A stretch of 64,000 nucleotides of DNA from Christensenellales bacterium (lineage in GTDB: Bacteria > Bacillota > Clostridia > Christensenellales > CAG-917), in NCBI GenBank assembly GCA_045130665.1, contig JBGUQC010000004.1:275671-339670 (forward strand), read 5' to 3'. Of this stretch, positions 32,402 to 42,620 are shown one piece after another. Position 1 is the first letter of the stretch. Each line of letters begins with the position of its first letter. Under the pieces are notes generated by a model. The model had not been told where the DNA came from. It ran no database searches and saw only the letters and a list, made by a program, of their open reading frames with translations. Both the position numbers and the translations under genes were made by a program.

Positions 32402-35400
32402 TTAGTCTATTTTTGTGAACTCTCCAGTAATTAAAGATAGTATGCCCATGTTGTCAATTTTTTTCTTAAACGCACTTTCAAATGCCTTTTTGTACAGATA
32501 AAGTTGTTTTTTATAACTATTTTTTAACACTTCACCTGTTTTGCGAGACAATTTATAATCTATTAAATTTATCTTTCCATCAACCTCATAAACCATATCT
32601 ATAACGCCTTGTACAAGGACTTTGTCATCGGTTTTAGCCTCTTCTATAACAGTGTTTGCAGGAGTATACATTGTGAATTTATACTCTCTCATACATCTAC
32701 CATTACTTGCTTCTTTGATGATTTGGCTATTCATTACCCTGTATAAATCTTGAACATCTATCATGTCTCTATTGACACTTTCGATAATGCCTTGCATTTC
32801 CATCCAATCTAGTTCTTTGTTGATTTCTTCAATGGTTCTAGCGTTGAAGTTAATCTTCTCCATTACCTTGTGATATAGTGTTCCAGCCTTTGTTGCATAT
32901 TGATAAAGTGAAGGCAATTCTTCCTCACTATCTAGCGCTGTGTTTAATGCAGATACTGAATATGATGCAGATAGTTTGGTAGATTCTTCATATGGATACA
33001 CATATTTTTCTGCCTGTGTAATAATCTCTTCTATTTGGAAGTCATCCCTTTCAATAATGTATTTGTTCTCTTCTTTAGCATTCTTTTCTAAATACTTTTC
33101 TTCCCTATATAAGTTTTTACCCTCTTCAAATTCTAGGGATCCATTGTATACTGCTTCTTCTATGTAATCTATCATGGATGTTTTCCAATCAAATGATGGA
33201 TTTTTGCCAAATGAATCTAAATCATAGTTAGCACCCACGTTTGAAAGTAGATACATTCTCTCTTTTGCACGAGTTAGAGCAACATAAAGTAATCTCATTT
33301 CACTCTTTTCTTCGGCTTGTTTATTCAATAAATCTATAGCATATCTAGAGAGTGTCTTATATGTTCTCTTATTTTCCTTTTCATAGTAGTCCATAGCGAG
33401 ATAACCATTGCCGTAATAGGATACTGTAGGCGTTCTAGTATCAGAATTCTTTTTATTTAATGTTGGTAAGAATACTATTGGTACTTCTAAGCCTTTGAAT
33501 CCATGGTATGTTGATATCTTTACTCTATTACCACCGAATGTACCGCCTTTATCCTCGCTGTTCTTTCTCTTTCCATATACTGACATGAACTTAGCAAGAC
33601 TATTATTCTCTTCAATGCCTTCTATTGCCGTGATATACGCTTCAATTTCAGCAACATCACTATCTCCTCTCTGCATTAGGTATGCATCATAGGCAAACTC
33701 TGAGATAATATCTCTTAGTAATTCACTAACAGTCTTAAAGCTTGCTCTTAATCTAAATTCCTCGATAATGTCAACGGTATTCTTAACCTTTTTACCGAGC
33801 TCAGTGCCAGTATCTTTTATTGCTAAAAGTGCATCATAGTAGTTGGTTGTATAAATGTTATCTCTATACTTTTCAATCTCGAGTAATTCGTTTTTATCAT
33901 AGCCACCTAATATAGATTGCATATAAGATACTAGCGCTACATCCTGTCTTGGATTATCTATTACGGATAACATAGCAATAAGTTCCGTTTCAGGCTTGCT
34001 TTCTGAATCATTAAATGAGCCTATATCCAAAGGAATATTATGGTTTCTTAAAACACTTAATATCTTGGTTGCTGCGCTACGTTTTCTAAATAAGATTGCA
34101 AAGTCCTCGTATCTATATACGCCTTCTCCACCATCTTTCTTTTGTCCTAAAAGTGAATCTATTGTTTCTGCTATATATTCTCCTTCACATTCATCTGCAG
34201 AGGCGAATTTTTCTTTTTGTTGGTGATTAACAATAGAATATACACTAAGTTTTTCCGTTGGATTAACCTCTTTTGGCTCGACAAAGAAGTGTATTTGTAC
34301 CTTTTTACCAAAGTCTTTTACCTTTGTTATAAAGGCGTGTTTGTCATTTGTATAATCCACATCAGCAGTTTCCTTGGTCATGACAGAACTGAAAATATCA
34401 TTAACGAATGTTAAGATTTCTCCCACGCTTCTATGGTTTTCACTAAATTGAATAGCCCTCTCTTTTGGATATTTTGCTTGTCTTGCAAGGAATATCTTTG
34501 GATCTGCAAGTCTAAATTCATAGATAGATTGCTTAACATCTCCAACGAAGAATGCCACATCATTAATTAAATGAGAATATATGTATTCTTGTGTTGGGTT
34601 AACGTCTTGATACTCATCCACAAAGATAGCATCAAAGTCTTTTCTAATTTCCTCGCCTTTAATGTCTAATAGTTCTATCATTTTATGCTCTAAATCATTA
34701 TATGTGAGCATATTTTTTTGTTCTTTTAAAAGCGTATATTCTGCTTCAAATCTAGAAACTATTTCTAATAGTTTTGCAATATATACTTTGCCTTGTTCAT
34801 GGCCAACCTCAAAGTAATCCGAATCTTCCATTGCAGGCAAGAATTTCTTATTAACAAGGTCTCTAAACTCGGTTACAACAAGTTTAAATCTTTCTCTATT
34901 ATCATCATGATTTCTATTTGCTTTTGTAGATAATTTATCTAGGGTTTTAGATATATCAATAATGTTCTTTAAATCAGAATGTTCAACGGTATTTATATAG
35001 ATTAAAATATCCCCGTATACATCTAAAATATCCTGGTATTCCTCTTGTTTACCGAGGAAATGGATTCTATTTTGGCAAATTGAAATATCATCTTTTATCC
35101 TGTTTAGATTTTCAACATAGATATCCTTAACAATCTTTGCAAATGGGCTGTTCCAAACATCCTCAGAATAGCATTCATTTACTGTATCAAAGAAGGACTT
35201 TCTATCTGGTCTAATATCAATGATTGAATATAGCCTTGTAACTATATCACGAAGCTCATCATCACCGCGTGAAAACGAGAAAATATCGCCGAATTCAAGG
35301 AATATTTCATCTTGTTCTTCAATGTATTTATCAAAGACATTATCTAATGCAGTATTAATCAAAATTTGTGCTGCATCATCGCTTAATATTTCAAATGATG

Positions 35401-35782
35401 GAGAAATATCTAATGCCTCGAAATTTTGTCTAATCATAGCGGAACAGAAGCTATGTGTAGTACCTATATTTGCAAAAGGTAAATCCTCTATTGCTTGTCT
35501 AAATAATTCCTCGGTTTCGCCGCCTTTCATAAGCTGGTTATAAAGCTCTGTAGATAACCTATCTCTCAACTCTTCTCCAGCAGCATTATTATATGCAAGA
35601 ACAATCATACGTTTAAGAGATGTTCCTCTACCAATTTCAGCGATAATTCTATGAATGAGCGTTAATGTTTTTCCACTACCAGCGGAGGCAGATACTATAA
35701 CTTCGCCATCTGTTATAATGGCATTTTCTTGCTGTTTAGACCAATCATAATCGTGATTATATATTTTTAGTGTCTTATCCAT
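32402..35782 (-). CDS. addA: ATP-dependent helicase/nuclease subunit A
   Basis: SASAGSGKT, DEYQD, VGDVKQSIYEFR, RLLYVALTRAKE, C-terminal QGVIDM..IDYK. Start at ATG 35782 (SD GGAGG). Confidence 0.92.
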   Translation of the reverse strand: MDKTLKIYNHDYDWSKQQENAIITDGEVIVSASAGSGKTLTLIHRIIAEIGRGTSLKRMIVLAYNNAAGEELRDRLSTELYNQLMKGGETEELFRQAIEDLPFANIGTTHSFCSAMIRQNFEALDISPSFEILSDDAAQILINTALDNVFDKYIEEQDEIFLEFGDIFSFSRGDDELRDIVTRLYSIIDIRPDRKSFFDTVNECYSEDVWNSPFAKIVKDIYVENLNRIKDDISICQNRIHFLGKQEEYQDILDVYGDILIYINTVEHSDLKNIIDISKTLDKLSTKANRNHDDNRERFKLVVTEFRDLVNKKFLPAMEDSDYFEVGHEQGKVYIAKLLEIVSRFEAEYTLLKEQKNMLTYNDLEHKMIELLDIKGEEIRKDFDAIFVDEYQDVNPTQEYIYSHLINDVAFFVGDVKQSIYEFRLADPKIFLARQAKYPKERAIQFSENHRSVGEILTFVNDIFSSVMTKETADVDYTNDKHAFITKVKDFGKKVQIHFFVEPKEVNPTEKLSVYSIVNHQQKEKFASADECEGEYIAETIDSLLGQKKDGGEGVYRYEDFAILFRKRSAATKILSVLRNHNIPLDIGSFNDSESKPETELIAMLSVIDNPRQDVALVSYMQSILGGYDKNELLEIEKYRDNIYTTNYYDALLAIKDTGTELGKKVKNTVDIIEEFRLRASFKTVSELLRDIISEFAYDAYLMQRGDSDVAEIEAYITAIEGIEENNSLAKFMSVYGKRKNSEDKGGTFGGNRVKISTYHGFKGLEVPIVFLPTLNKKNSDTRTPTVSYYGNGYLAMDYYEKENKRTYKTLSRYAIDLLNKQAEEKSEMRLLYVALTRAKERMYLLSNVGANYDLDSFGKNPSFDWKTSMIDYIEEAVYNGSLEFEEGKNLYREEKYLEKNAKEENKYIIERDDFQIEEIITQAEKYVYPYEESTKLSASYSVSALNTALDSEEELPSLYQYATKAGTLYHKVMEKINFNARTIEEINKELDWMEMQGIIESVNRDMIDVQDLYRVMNSQIIKEASNGRCMREYKFTMYTPANTVIEEAKTDDKVLVQGVIDMVYEVDGKINLIDYKLSRKTGEVLKNSYKKQLYLYKKAFESAFKKKIDNMGILSLITGEFTKID

Positions 35783-38700
35783 TGTCACGCCCTCCATCTT
35801 CTCCATTGATAATTACATCAAAGTCCTCGATTTTTGCCTTAGAAAACTTTCTATTGTTAGTGTTTTTATATTTGCAAACGTCAGCATATCCACATACTCT
35901 GCATTGCTGGTCTTTTGGTTTTGCTTCTACATATCCACTTGCAATAGTTTCCAATCCTTTTTCAGATACAAGCTGAGCATACTTTTCCCAGTTATTTAAA
36001 TCTTCTTTATTTGCATATACCTCAGGTGATATTCCTTTATTTTTTAATTTGAAAGGAACCATACTATCTTCTGCATTTTCTAAGGTATAATTTTTATCTA
36101 TATTCTTATGAACATCTTCATCATTAAGAACCACTCCCGTGTACTTGAATCTATTTGCAACTTCCTTTTTATCGTAGGATGCGTAAATTGGAAGATAGAA
36201 AGCGCCTATTGGATGGTAATTTGTGTTCTGTTCAATAGTTCTTAAGTAAAGCATCAATTGGATTTGTGTTCCGTAATACAATTCTGTGAGATCAATATCT
36301 GCGCTCTTATAAGTCTTATAGTCTACGATGAATACCTCGTCTCCACATTTATCTACCCTATCTATTTGACCAACAATATCTACCTCTTGTCCGTCTATAT
36401 ATAAAGATATAGGTTTGAAGGTTTTATCATATTTTGCGAACTTCTTCTCCGTATATAGTGGTTTAAAGTTAGAATTTTGAATGGATTTATAGATATTGGT
36501 GCATATCTCTTCACACTCTTTAAGTAACTTTTGGAATAGGCCTTTCTTCTCGTTTGCTGCCATGTTTTTATATCTTGGCATTTCCTCTATAGCGCCATCA
36601 AAGCATTGTTTGGTCATATCTTTAATATTGTCTTCTTCAACCTTTCCTTCTTGATATAACTGAACAAATAACTCTAATACCTTATGAATAATGGTACCCG
36701 TCTCATATCTTTGCATTTGAGCATCTTCTCTTTCTCTTAAGCCTAAACCATATGAAAGATAATATGCGTATGGGCATCTATAGAAAGACTCTATTTTAGA
36801 TACAGAAGATTTAACTGAACCATCTTCTTCCTTTGGTCCTAATAATAGTTTTCCATCTTTTACATAATTTTGGTCTACAAATAAGTCTTGGATTTTATCT
36901 TTATCTTCACTATCTAGCATAGAATAAACTGTGCCGTAGATTTTTTCGTTTTCATCGCCTGCAACTCTATGTGGTACCAATGTTTTTAATACTGAATAGT
37001 ATCTAGACTTAGGTGTTGAGAATAATGTCTCGTAAATCTTTTGTTTTTCAGCACTATCCTTTGAACCAATGTCTTCAAGATCTATTTCTTGCATTGGTAT
37101 TTCGCCGCCTTTCTCGGTTAATAGGCTATTGATTTGTTGGAAAACAATAGAAGGTTTAATATGTCCACCTACTACAGATGTAGAATAGGAAATATCTGTT
37201 GTCTCAGCGGACTTTTTTAGTATTTCAATTGCGCCAAGAGATTGAATATAATTCTTTTCTCTAGTATTTGGAGAAATAAGGAGGCCTGCATTCTCCATAT
37301 TTAATTCATCTTTATCTGAAATAATGATGCCGTTTTTCTCAACGCCTGGGAATGAACCTTGTGCAGCGCCAATTACATAGATTTTGCCCGTTCCTACGAA
37401 TCTACTTCTCGTATCTCCAACATATACACTATCTCTATATACTGGGACTGAGGAAATATCCACATTTTCTATCATGGACTTAAACATATCTAAGAAGCTT
37501 AATAGTGTTTTTGGCGTATTACCCATGATTATGCTTATCTCATCAAAGATCATATCCAATTTCTTGTTTACTTGTTTTGCACATTTTTCATAATATTGGC
37601 TTACCTTTTTAATTGAAGTAATATGGCATGTCCACACATAATCTGTAGCCTTGCAAATATCCTTTAAAACACCAATGATTTTAGATGTGGCTATTTCTTT
37701 TTTGCCTATATTATCTAATGGCTTAACAATGCTACACATAAATGCTCTTATATCCTCTGCTTTTTGGAGCAATTCTTCTTCACCCTTGCCCATTATTTCA
37801 AAGGTATCCTTGAATAATGTGTAGTTTACATTGTATTTAAGAACATAGTTTTCAAACTTATGAATATCATCTAAATAGTCTTTATTTGGCTCTACTTCAA
37901 CAACATCTAATTCATCTACCGGCAACTCTTCAACAACCTTATTTTTATAGTCTCCATAAAGATAAACAAATAATGGGTTTTTAACCATATCAAAGACGTC
38001 TGCTCTCTTATAATTACCCGTTACAATATTGAGTAAAGAGATAATGTATCTTACAAAAGTTTGCTCTGTAAGATTTGCCTTCTGATCAATATAGAAAGAG
38101 ATTTTTAAGCGTTTAAATATCGAAATGATACTATTAAGGTATGAATTTGGTTGGCAACAGACTATCTCGAAGTCCTGATAACGCTTACCTTCCTTCATAA
38201 CTTTATACTTAATATCCAAAGCTACTCTTAGTATTTCATCATAAACTGAATTAGCTTTGTAGAAAGCATATGTGCCATTATTTTCAACCTTATTTTTTAC
38301 GGATTTAAGGGAGAATAAATACTTGGAAATCATATCCTGTGCAATAGGTAATTGTTCCCTATACTCTGCCTTTGAAATATCTAATCCAAGATTTGTCAAT
38401 CTATCTAATATCTTATCTGCTGGATATATTTTTGCATTAGGATATTCGCATCCCTTTTCGGATCCAGAAGCAAGACCTATAACTACCTTATTACCAGCGT
38501 TTTCTAAACCTCTAATAATTGCGTATTGAATAGCACTGAAATAATAGAAGTCCATAATGAAGTAATCATGGTTATAATCCTTCTCTTGCCTCATTAAAGA
38601 TTCAGCATATAGCTCGAGCATTGTGGATGCATCGTTATACTTCTCTTTTAATGCAGCTAAATATTTTTGATATACGAAAGCTAAATCATGAATTTTATGA

Positions 38701-39131
38701 GCAGTAGATGTTGGCAATTCATCTTGTGCATTATAAAGACTATCTATGGATAAACCGCTAACCCTTAAGGTATTAATAGCATCTGCAAATTCTTCAGAAA
38801 ATCCATCTCTCCCCGCGGATTTAGTGTAATATTCCATTCCATCCTTATTTTTGTCTATGACATCAGCCATCAACATAACAGAGCCTTCTTTTGTAAGGCA
38901 ACGCTTCTCTTTCTCGCCTAATGCCTTTCTTGCAAGGTTCTTAAATGGTTGAACTTCTAAGTGGAATGTACACTCTTTATCCAATGCTTGAAGTAGTCCT
39001 CTTTCAACGGACATACTGAAATAATCTGGCACAATTACTGTTACCATTTTTTGCTCGTTGAGACTTTTCTTGATTTCGTTTACCATTGCACGGTAAACAC
39101 CACGTGTGGAATTAGATAATATAGCTTTCAT
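35775..39131 (-). CDS. addB: ATP-dependent helicase/nuclease subunit B
   Basis: SVSKIESFYRCPY, GQIDRVD..IVDYKT nuclease motif, Fe-S cysteines CRVCGYADVC; overlaps addA. Confidence 0.9.
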   Translation of the reverse strand: MKAILSNSTRGVYRAMVNEIKKSLNEQKMVTVIVPDYFSMSVERGLLQALDKECTFHLEVQPFKNLARKALGEKEKRCLTKEGSVMLMADVIDKNKDGMEYYTKSAGRDGFSEEFADAINTLRVSGLSIDSLYNAQDELPTSTAHKIHDLAFVYQKYLAALKEKYNDASTMLELYAESLMRQEKDYNHDYFIMDFYYFSAIQYAIIRGLENAGNKVVIGLASGSEKGCEYPNAKIYPADKILDRLTNLGLDISKAEYREQLPIAQDMISKYLFSLKSVKNKVENNGTYAFYKANSVYDEILRVALDIKYKVMKEGKRYQDFEIVCCQPNSYLNSIISIFKRLKISFYIDQKANLTEQTFVRYIISLLNIVTGNYKRADVFDMVKNPLFVYLYGDYKNKVVEELPVDELDVVEVEPNKDYLDDIHKFENYVLKYNVNYTLFKDTFEIMGKGEEELLQKAEDIRAFMCSIVKPLDNIGKKEIATSKIIGVLKDICKATDYVWTCHITSIKKVSQYYEKCAKQVNKKLDMIFDEISIIMGNTPKTLLSFLDMFKSMIENVDISSVPVYRDSVYVGDTRSRFVGTGKIYVIGAAQGSFPGVEKNGIIISDKDELNMENAGLLISPNTREKNYIQSLGAIEILKKSAETTDISYSTSVVGGHIKPSIVFQQINSLLTEKGGEIPMQEIDLEDIGSKDSAEKQKIYETLFSTPKSRYYSVLKTLVPHRVAGDENEKIYGTVYSMLDSEDKDKIQDLFVDQNYVKDGKLLLGPKEEDGSVKSSVSKIESFYRCPYAYYLSYGLGLREREDAQMQRYETGTIIHKVLELFVQLYQEGKVEEDNIKDMTKQCFDGAIEEMPRYKNMAANEKKGLFQKLLKECEEICTNIYKSIQNSNFKPLYTEKKFAKYDKTFKPISLYIDGQEVDIVGQIDRVDKCGDEVFIVDYKTYKSADIDLTELYYGTQIQLMLYLRTIEQNTNYHPIGAFYLPIYASYDKKEVANRFKYTGVVLNDEDVHKNIDKNYTLENAEDSMVPFKLKNKGISPEVYANKEDLNNWEKYAQLVSEKGLETIASGYVEAKPKDQQCRVCGYADVCKYKNTNNRKFSKAKIEDFDVIINGEDGGRDNG

Positions 39132-39138
39132 GTCTCCA

Positions 39139-39166
39139 ATATTAGCACTTTTTTTCTGGGTGTCAA
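39139..39166 (-). promoter_or_regulatory. Putative SigA promoter of addBA (leaderless geometry)
   Basis: TTGACA-16 bp-TAATAT with extended TG, 7 nt before ATG 39131. Confidence 0.55.
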
Positions 39167-39250
39167 TACCATAGACGGTACAAAATAAAATTATACTAAT
39201 TTTTTTTTGTATTTATAAAATTTATATAATTATATATCATTAAAAGATAT

Positions 39251-39279
39251 TTGCCTTAGATTTTATTTTGTTATATAAT
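39251..39279 (+). promoter_or_regulatory. SigA promoter of the lipoprotein at 39289 (near-leaderless)
   Basis: TTGCCT-17 bp-TATAAT, 9 nt before the ATG, no SD. Confidence 0.6.
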
Positions 39280-39288
39280 CCATATATT

Positions 39289-40176
39289 ATGAAAAAGTTA
39301 AGTTTATTATTAATCGCAATAGTACTCGTTCTTGGTATGGCCTTTGGTCTAAGTGCATGTAACAATGCAACAACTGAAGGACAATTAGAGAATATTTTCT
39401 TTGATTACCAAGGAACAGGAAAAGAAATCTACACATACGATGTAGCAAATTCTTCAAATGGTGCAACAGGTACCTACATTATTACAATTGAAACAAAAGA
39501 AAAAGATCAAGAAGTTACAATTATTGAAGACTTCAAGGTTGAAAACTGCCCAGCTGGATATTTAGTAACAGATGAATTAACAATGTCAGATGGTTACACA
39601 TCCAAAGCAACATGTTTCTTTGCAATTGCACAAGTTAGCGGTACAACATCTCAATTCTTAAAACCAATTGCATCTTCAAAGAAAGTTACAGGTTCTGAGA
39701 ATGACTTTACTTCATATGGTTCATACGAAGGCAAAAAGTACAATTACACATTAATTGCTAATGGTACAACAAAAGATGGTTCTGTTGAAGTCGGAACATC
39801 CAAAGTTTATGACAATAGCGAATTCCACCAAGTATTAAGAGGAATCAAAGATTCCATCTTCCAAGGTGGATTCACATTTGCTATGACAGTACCAATTGTA
39901 ACAGCAACAGAAGAAACAGCAGTAAGTGTTTCAGCTAATTCCTCTGCAACCACAACAGTAATTGCTACAAACGTTCCAGATGGCGAAGGAAAGAAAGCAT
40001 TTGAATGTTTCCCAGTTAGATTATCTAGAAGCACAAAAGTTGAAGGTATCTCTCAAACATTCTGGTATACAAAGGATCCAGTTGTTATAGATGGTTTCTC
40101 ACTCAAACACGTATTAACAAAGATTGAAGAAGCTAGTGTAACTTATACACTTAAATCTTATGCAATTGAAATCTAA
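39289..40176 (+). CDS. Hypothetical beta-rich lipoprotein
   Basis: Start moved to MKKLSLL at 39289; lipobox LSAC; Thr/Ser-rich; no family recognised. Confidence 0.8.
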   Translation: MKKLSLLLIAIVLVLGMAFGLSACNNATTEGQLENIFFDYQGTGKEIYTYDVANSSNGATGTYIITIETKEKDQEVTIIEDFKVENCPAGYLVTDELTMSDGYTSKATCFFAIAQVSGTTSQFLKPIASSKKVTGSENDFTSYGSYEGKKYNYTLIANGTTKDGSVEVGTSKVYDNSEFHQVLRGIKDSIFQGGFTFAMTVPIVTATEETAVSVSANSSATTTVIATNVPDGEGKKAFECFPVRLSRSTKVEGISQTFWYTKDPVVIDGFSLKHVLTKIEEASVTYTLKSYAIEI

Positions 40177-40198
40177 ACTTAACTAAATATAAAAACAG

Positions 40199-40229
40199 AA
40201 TTAGGCTACACGTTAGCCTAATTTTTTTT
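40199..40229 (+). terminator. Intrinsic terminator
   Basis: AATTAGGCTA-CACGT-TAGCCTAATT followed by T-run. Confidence 0.88.
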
Positions 40230-40292
40230 ATCTTTATAATATTTATAAATTTGTGATACTATATTGATATACGTTTTTAGAGAAGTTATAAA

Positions 40293-41147
40293 ATGAATGA
40301 TTTACTATATGTGTTTTTAATAATGTTCGGTATTCCAGCTATTCCAGGAATCATTGTTGGATTAGTTTTTCTCATTATTAAAATAGTAAAAAAGAAAAAA
40401 AATCGATTTAGTGATTATATTATTCGTAATAGCCAAGCAATAAAAGATTTACAGGATGTCAATTCAAAATATGTATTCTATTCCACTGAAGATTGTGACG
40501 AGTGCCACACATATGATAATGAAACTTTTTATGACAACATATCCTGCCAAGACTATTTAATATATCAGCTACAATTTAAACAAAGAATTATCAAAGATAC
40601 AATTAAGTTAATTGATAAAAATTTCAACATGTATTCGAACTATTGTAAGGAAGTCGCAAAAATAGATTCTTTCGGCAATTTCCCTATGTTATCCCATTCC
40701 AATAAAAAAAGAGCACTACAACTCGAAAGATTATTGTTTGAACGATATAGAGCAAAACCTGTTTGTGGATTTTCTCTTACTGTTACATTAAGATGTTCAA
40801 CGATGTATGGCCGTGCATATGCTTCAAAATATTCAATTTTTACAGAAGAAACTGTTTTGGATTTAATTAAACGAGTTAATAATAGAACTGGTGGTTTCTT
40901 TAATGACAGAGCAATATGGGATGCCATCTGCAGAGTAGAACGCGGCAAAGTTTCTAATAAGATGAGATTTAGTATTTATGAAAGAGATAATTATAGATGT
41001 CAAATATGCGGAAGACGCTTACCTGCCGAAAAACTTGAGATAGATCACATAAAACCAATAGCTAAAGGTGGGAAAAGCACCTATGATAATTTGCAATCAT
41101 TGTGCAAAAGATGTAATCAAGAAAAAGGGGATTCTTATGTAGAATAA
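40293..41147 (+). CDS. HNH endonuclease with N-terminal transmembrane anchor
   Basis: N-terminal hydrophobic helix followed by KKKKNR; C-terminal RDNYRCQICG..LEIDHIKPIAKGG..DNLQSLCKRCNQEKG. Confidence 0.9.
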   Translation: MNDLLYVFLIMFGIPAIPGIIVGLVFLIIKIVKKKKNRFSDYIIRNSQAIKDLQDVNSKYVFYSTEDCDECHTYDNETFYDNISCQDYLIYQLQFKQRIIKDTIKLIDKNFNMYSNYCKEVAKIDSFGNFPMLSHSNKKRALQLERLLFERYRAKPVCGFSLTVTLRCSTMYGRAYASKYSIFTEETVLDLIKRVNNRTGGFFNDRAIWDAICRVERGKVSNKMRFSIYERDNYRCQICGRRLPAEKLEIDHIKPIAKGGKSTYDNLQSLCKRCNQEKGDSYVE

Positions 41148-41180
41148 AAAACCAGGGTTTGCGCCCTGGTTATTTTTTTT
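41146..41180. terminator. Bidirectional terminator between the HNH gene and pncB
   Basis: A-run, AACCAGGG-6-CCCTGGTT, T-run. Confidence 0.85.
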
Positions 41181-42612
41181 AATGTCTGCCTCCAAGCATT
41201 TGATTCTTGAGAGTCCATAACTTCTCGGATAAGTCTACCTTAAAGTCTTGTGTGTTTATAACTCTTCTGTACTCTGGGAAGAATTCAGATATGCTCTTTT
41301 GCTCATATTCACCAATCTCTTTTAATGTTGGAAGCTTGTATACTAACTTGCCATCTACAAAGATATCCACCATTAATTCCTTAATGGAATAGTTCTCAAA
41401 TGTGGTCTTTTTCCATGTTTGAGTTGGATGGAATACTGTTAATGGCTTGCTTGTGTCTATTTCTTCATCACGAAGCATAATTAAATCTGCAGCTGCCATG
41501 CCATTGCTCTTGTAAATACGAGCTATCTTCTTTAAGCCTGGATTGGTTATCTTCTCAATTGAGTTAGACATCTTAATCTTTGGCTCCATAACTCCTTCAC
41601 TATTTTCAATAGCACACATCTTGTAAACACCACCTAATGATGCATTACTGAATGATGTGATGAGTTTTGTTCCTATTCCATAAACGTCTATCTTGCAGTC
41701 TTGTGCTTTTAATGCGAGTAAAATGTCTTCATCTATATCATTGGATGCAAAGATCTTAACATAGTCATAGCCTGCAGCATCTAGCATCTTTCTTGCTTCT
41801 CTAGATAAATATGCTAAATCTCCGCTGTCTAATCTAATACCAAGAGGTTTGTGTCCCTTTGCAACAAGTTCATCGAAAACTTTAATTGCATTTGGTACAC
41901 CACTCTTTAGAGTGTCAAATGTATCTACGAGTAATAAACATGAATCTGGATATAACTCTGCATACTTTCTAAATGCATCAAGTTCACTATCAAATGTCAT
42001 TACCCAACTGTGAGAATGTGTTCCCTTGATTGGAATACCAAACATTTCGCCTGCAAGTACGTTAGATGTGCTATGTACACCACCTATATATGCAGCACGT
42101 GCACCATAAATACCTGCGTCTGGACCTTGAGCACGTCTTAAACCAAACTCAGAAATTGCATTCTTTGTGCACTCACAAAGTCTTGCTGCTTTTGTAGCAA
42201 TAAGTGTTTGATGATTAACAATGCACAAAATAGCTGTCTCAACTAATTGAGCTTGAATTAATGGTGCTGTAACTGTGAGGATTGGTTCGTATGGGAAAAT
42301 CATTGTTCCCTCTGGAACCGCCTTGATAGAACCCGTAAATTTGAATTCTCTTAGAGCATTGAAGAAGTCTTCATCAAAGATATTTTGAGACTTTAAATAA
42401 GCAATGTCTTCCTCGCCAAAATGTAAGTCTTGAATATAATCAACAACTTGCTCAAGTCCTGCTACTATGGCATAGCCATAACCACCAGAACCCCTGTAGA
42501 ATAAATCAAAGGATGCTTCTCTCTTATCTAGACCATACTTGTGATAACCATTTGCCATGGTTAATTGATATAGGTCTGTAAGCATTGTTAAGTTTCTTCC
42601 CTCGTAAATCAT
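41179..42612 (-). CDS. pncB: Nicotinate phosphoribosyltransferase
   Basis: LTDLYQLTM, EFGLRRAQG, GTHSHSWV, LLVDTFD, IRLDSGD, YGIGT. Confidence 0.96.
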   Translation of the reverse strand: MIYEGRNLTMLTDLYQLTMANGYHKYGLDKREASFDLFYRGSGGYGYAIVAGLEQVVDYIQDLHFGEEDIAYLKSQNIFDEDFFNALREFKFTGSIKAVPEGTMIFPYEPILTVTAPLIQAQLVETAILCIVNHQTLIATKAARLCECTKNAISEFGLRRAQGPDAGIYGARAAYIGGVHSTSNVLAGEMFGIPIKGTHSHSWVMTFDSELDAFRKYAELYPDSCLLLVDTFDTLKSGVPNAIKVFDELVAKGHKPLGIRLDSGDLAYLSREARKMLDAAGYDYVKIFASNDIDEDILLALKAQDCKIDVYGIGTKLITSFSNASLGGVYKMCAIENSEGVMEPKIKMSNSIEKITNPGLKKIARIYKSNGMAAADLIMLRDEEIDTSKPLTVFHPTQTWKKTTFENYSIKELMVDIFVDGKLVYKLPTLKEIGEYEQKSISEFFPEYRRVINTQDFKVDLSEKLWTLKNQMLGGRH

Positions 42613-42620
42613 ATTTCCCT

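Noticed and set aside
39268-41147. Lipoprotein plus HNH as a two-gene toxin-immunity operon
   Set aside because: A strong terminator and a separate promoter lie between them, and codon usage differs.
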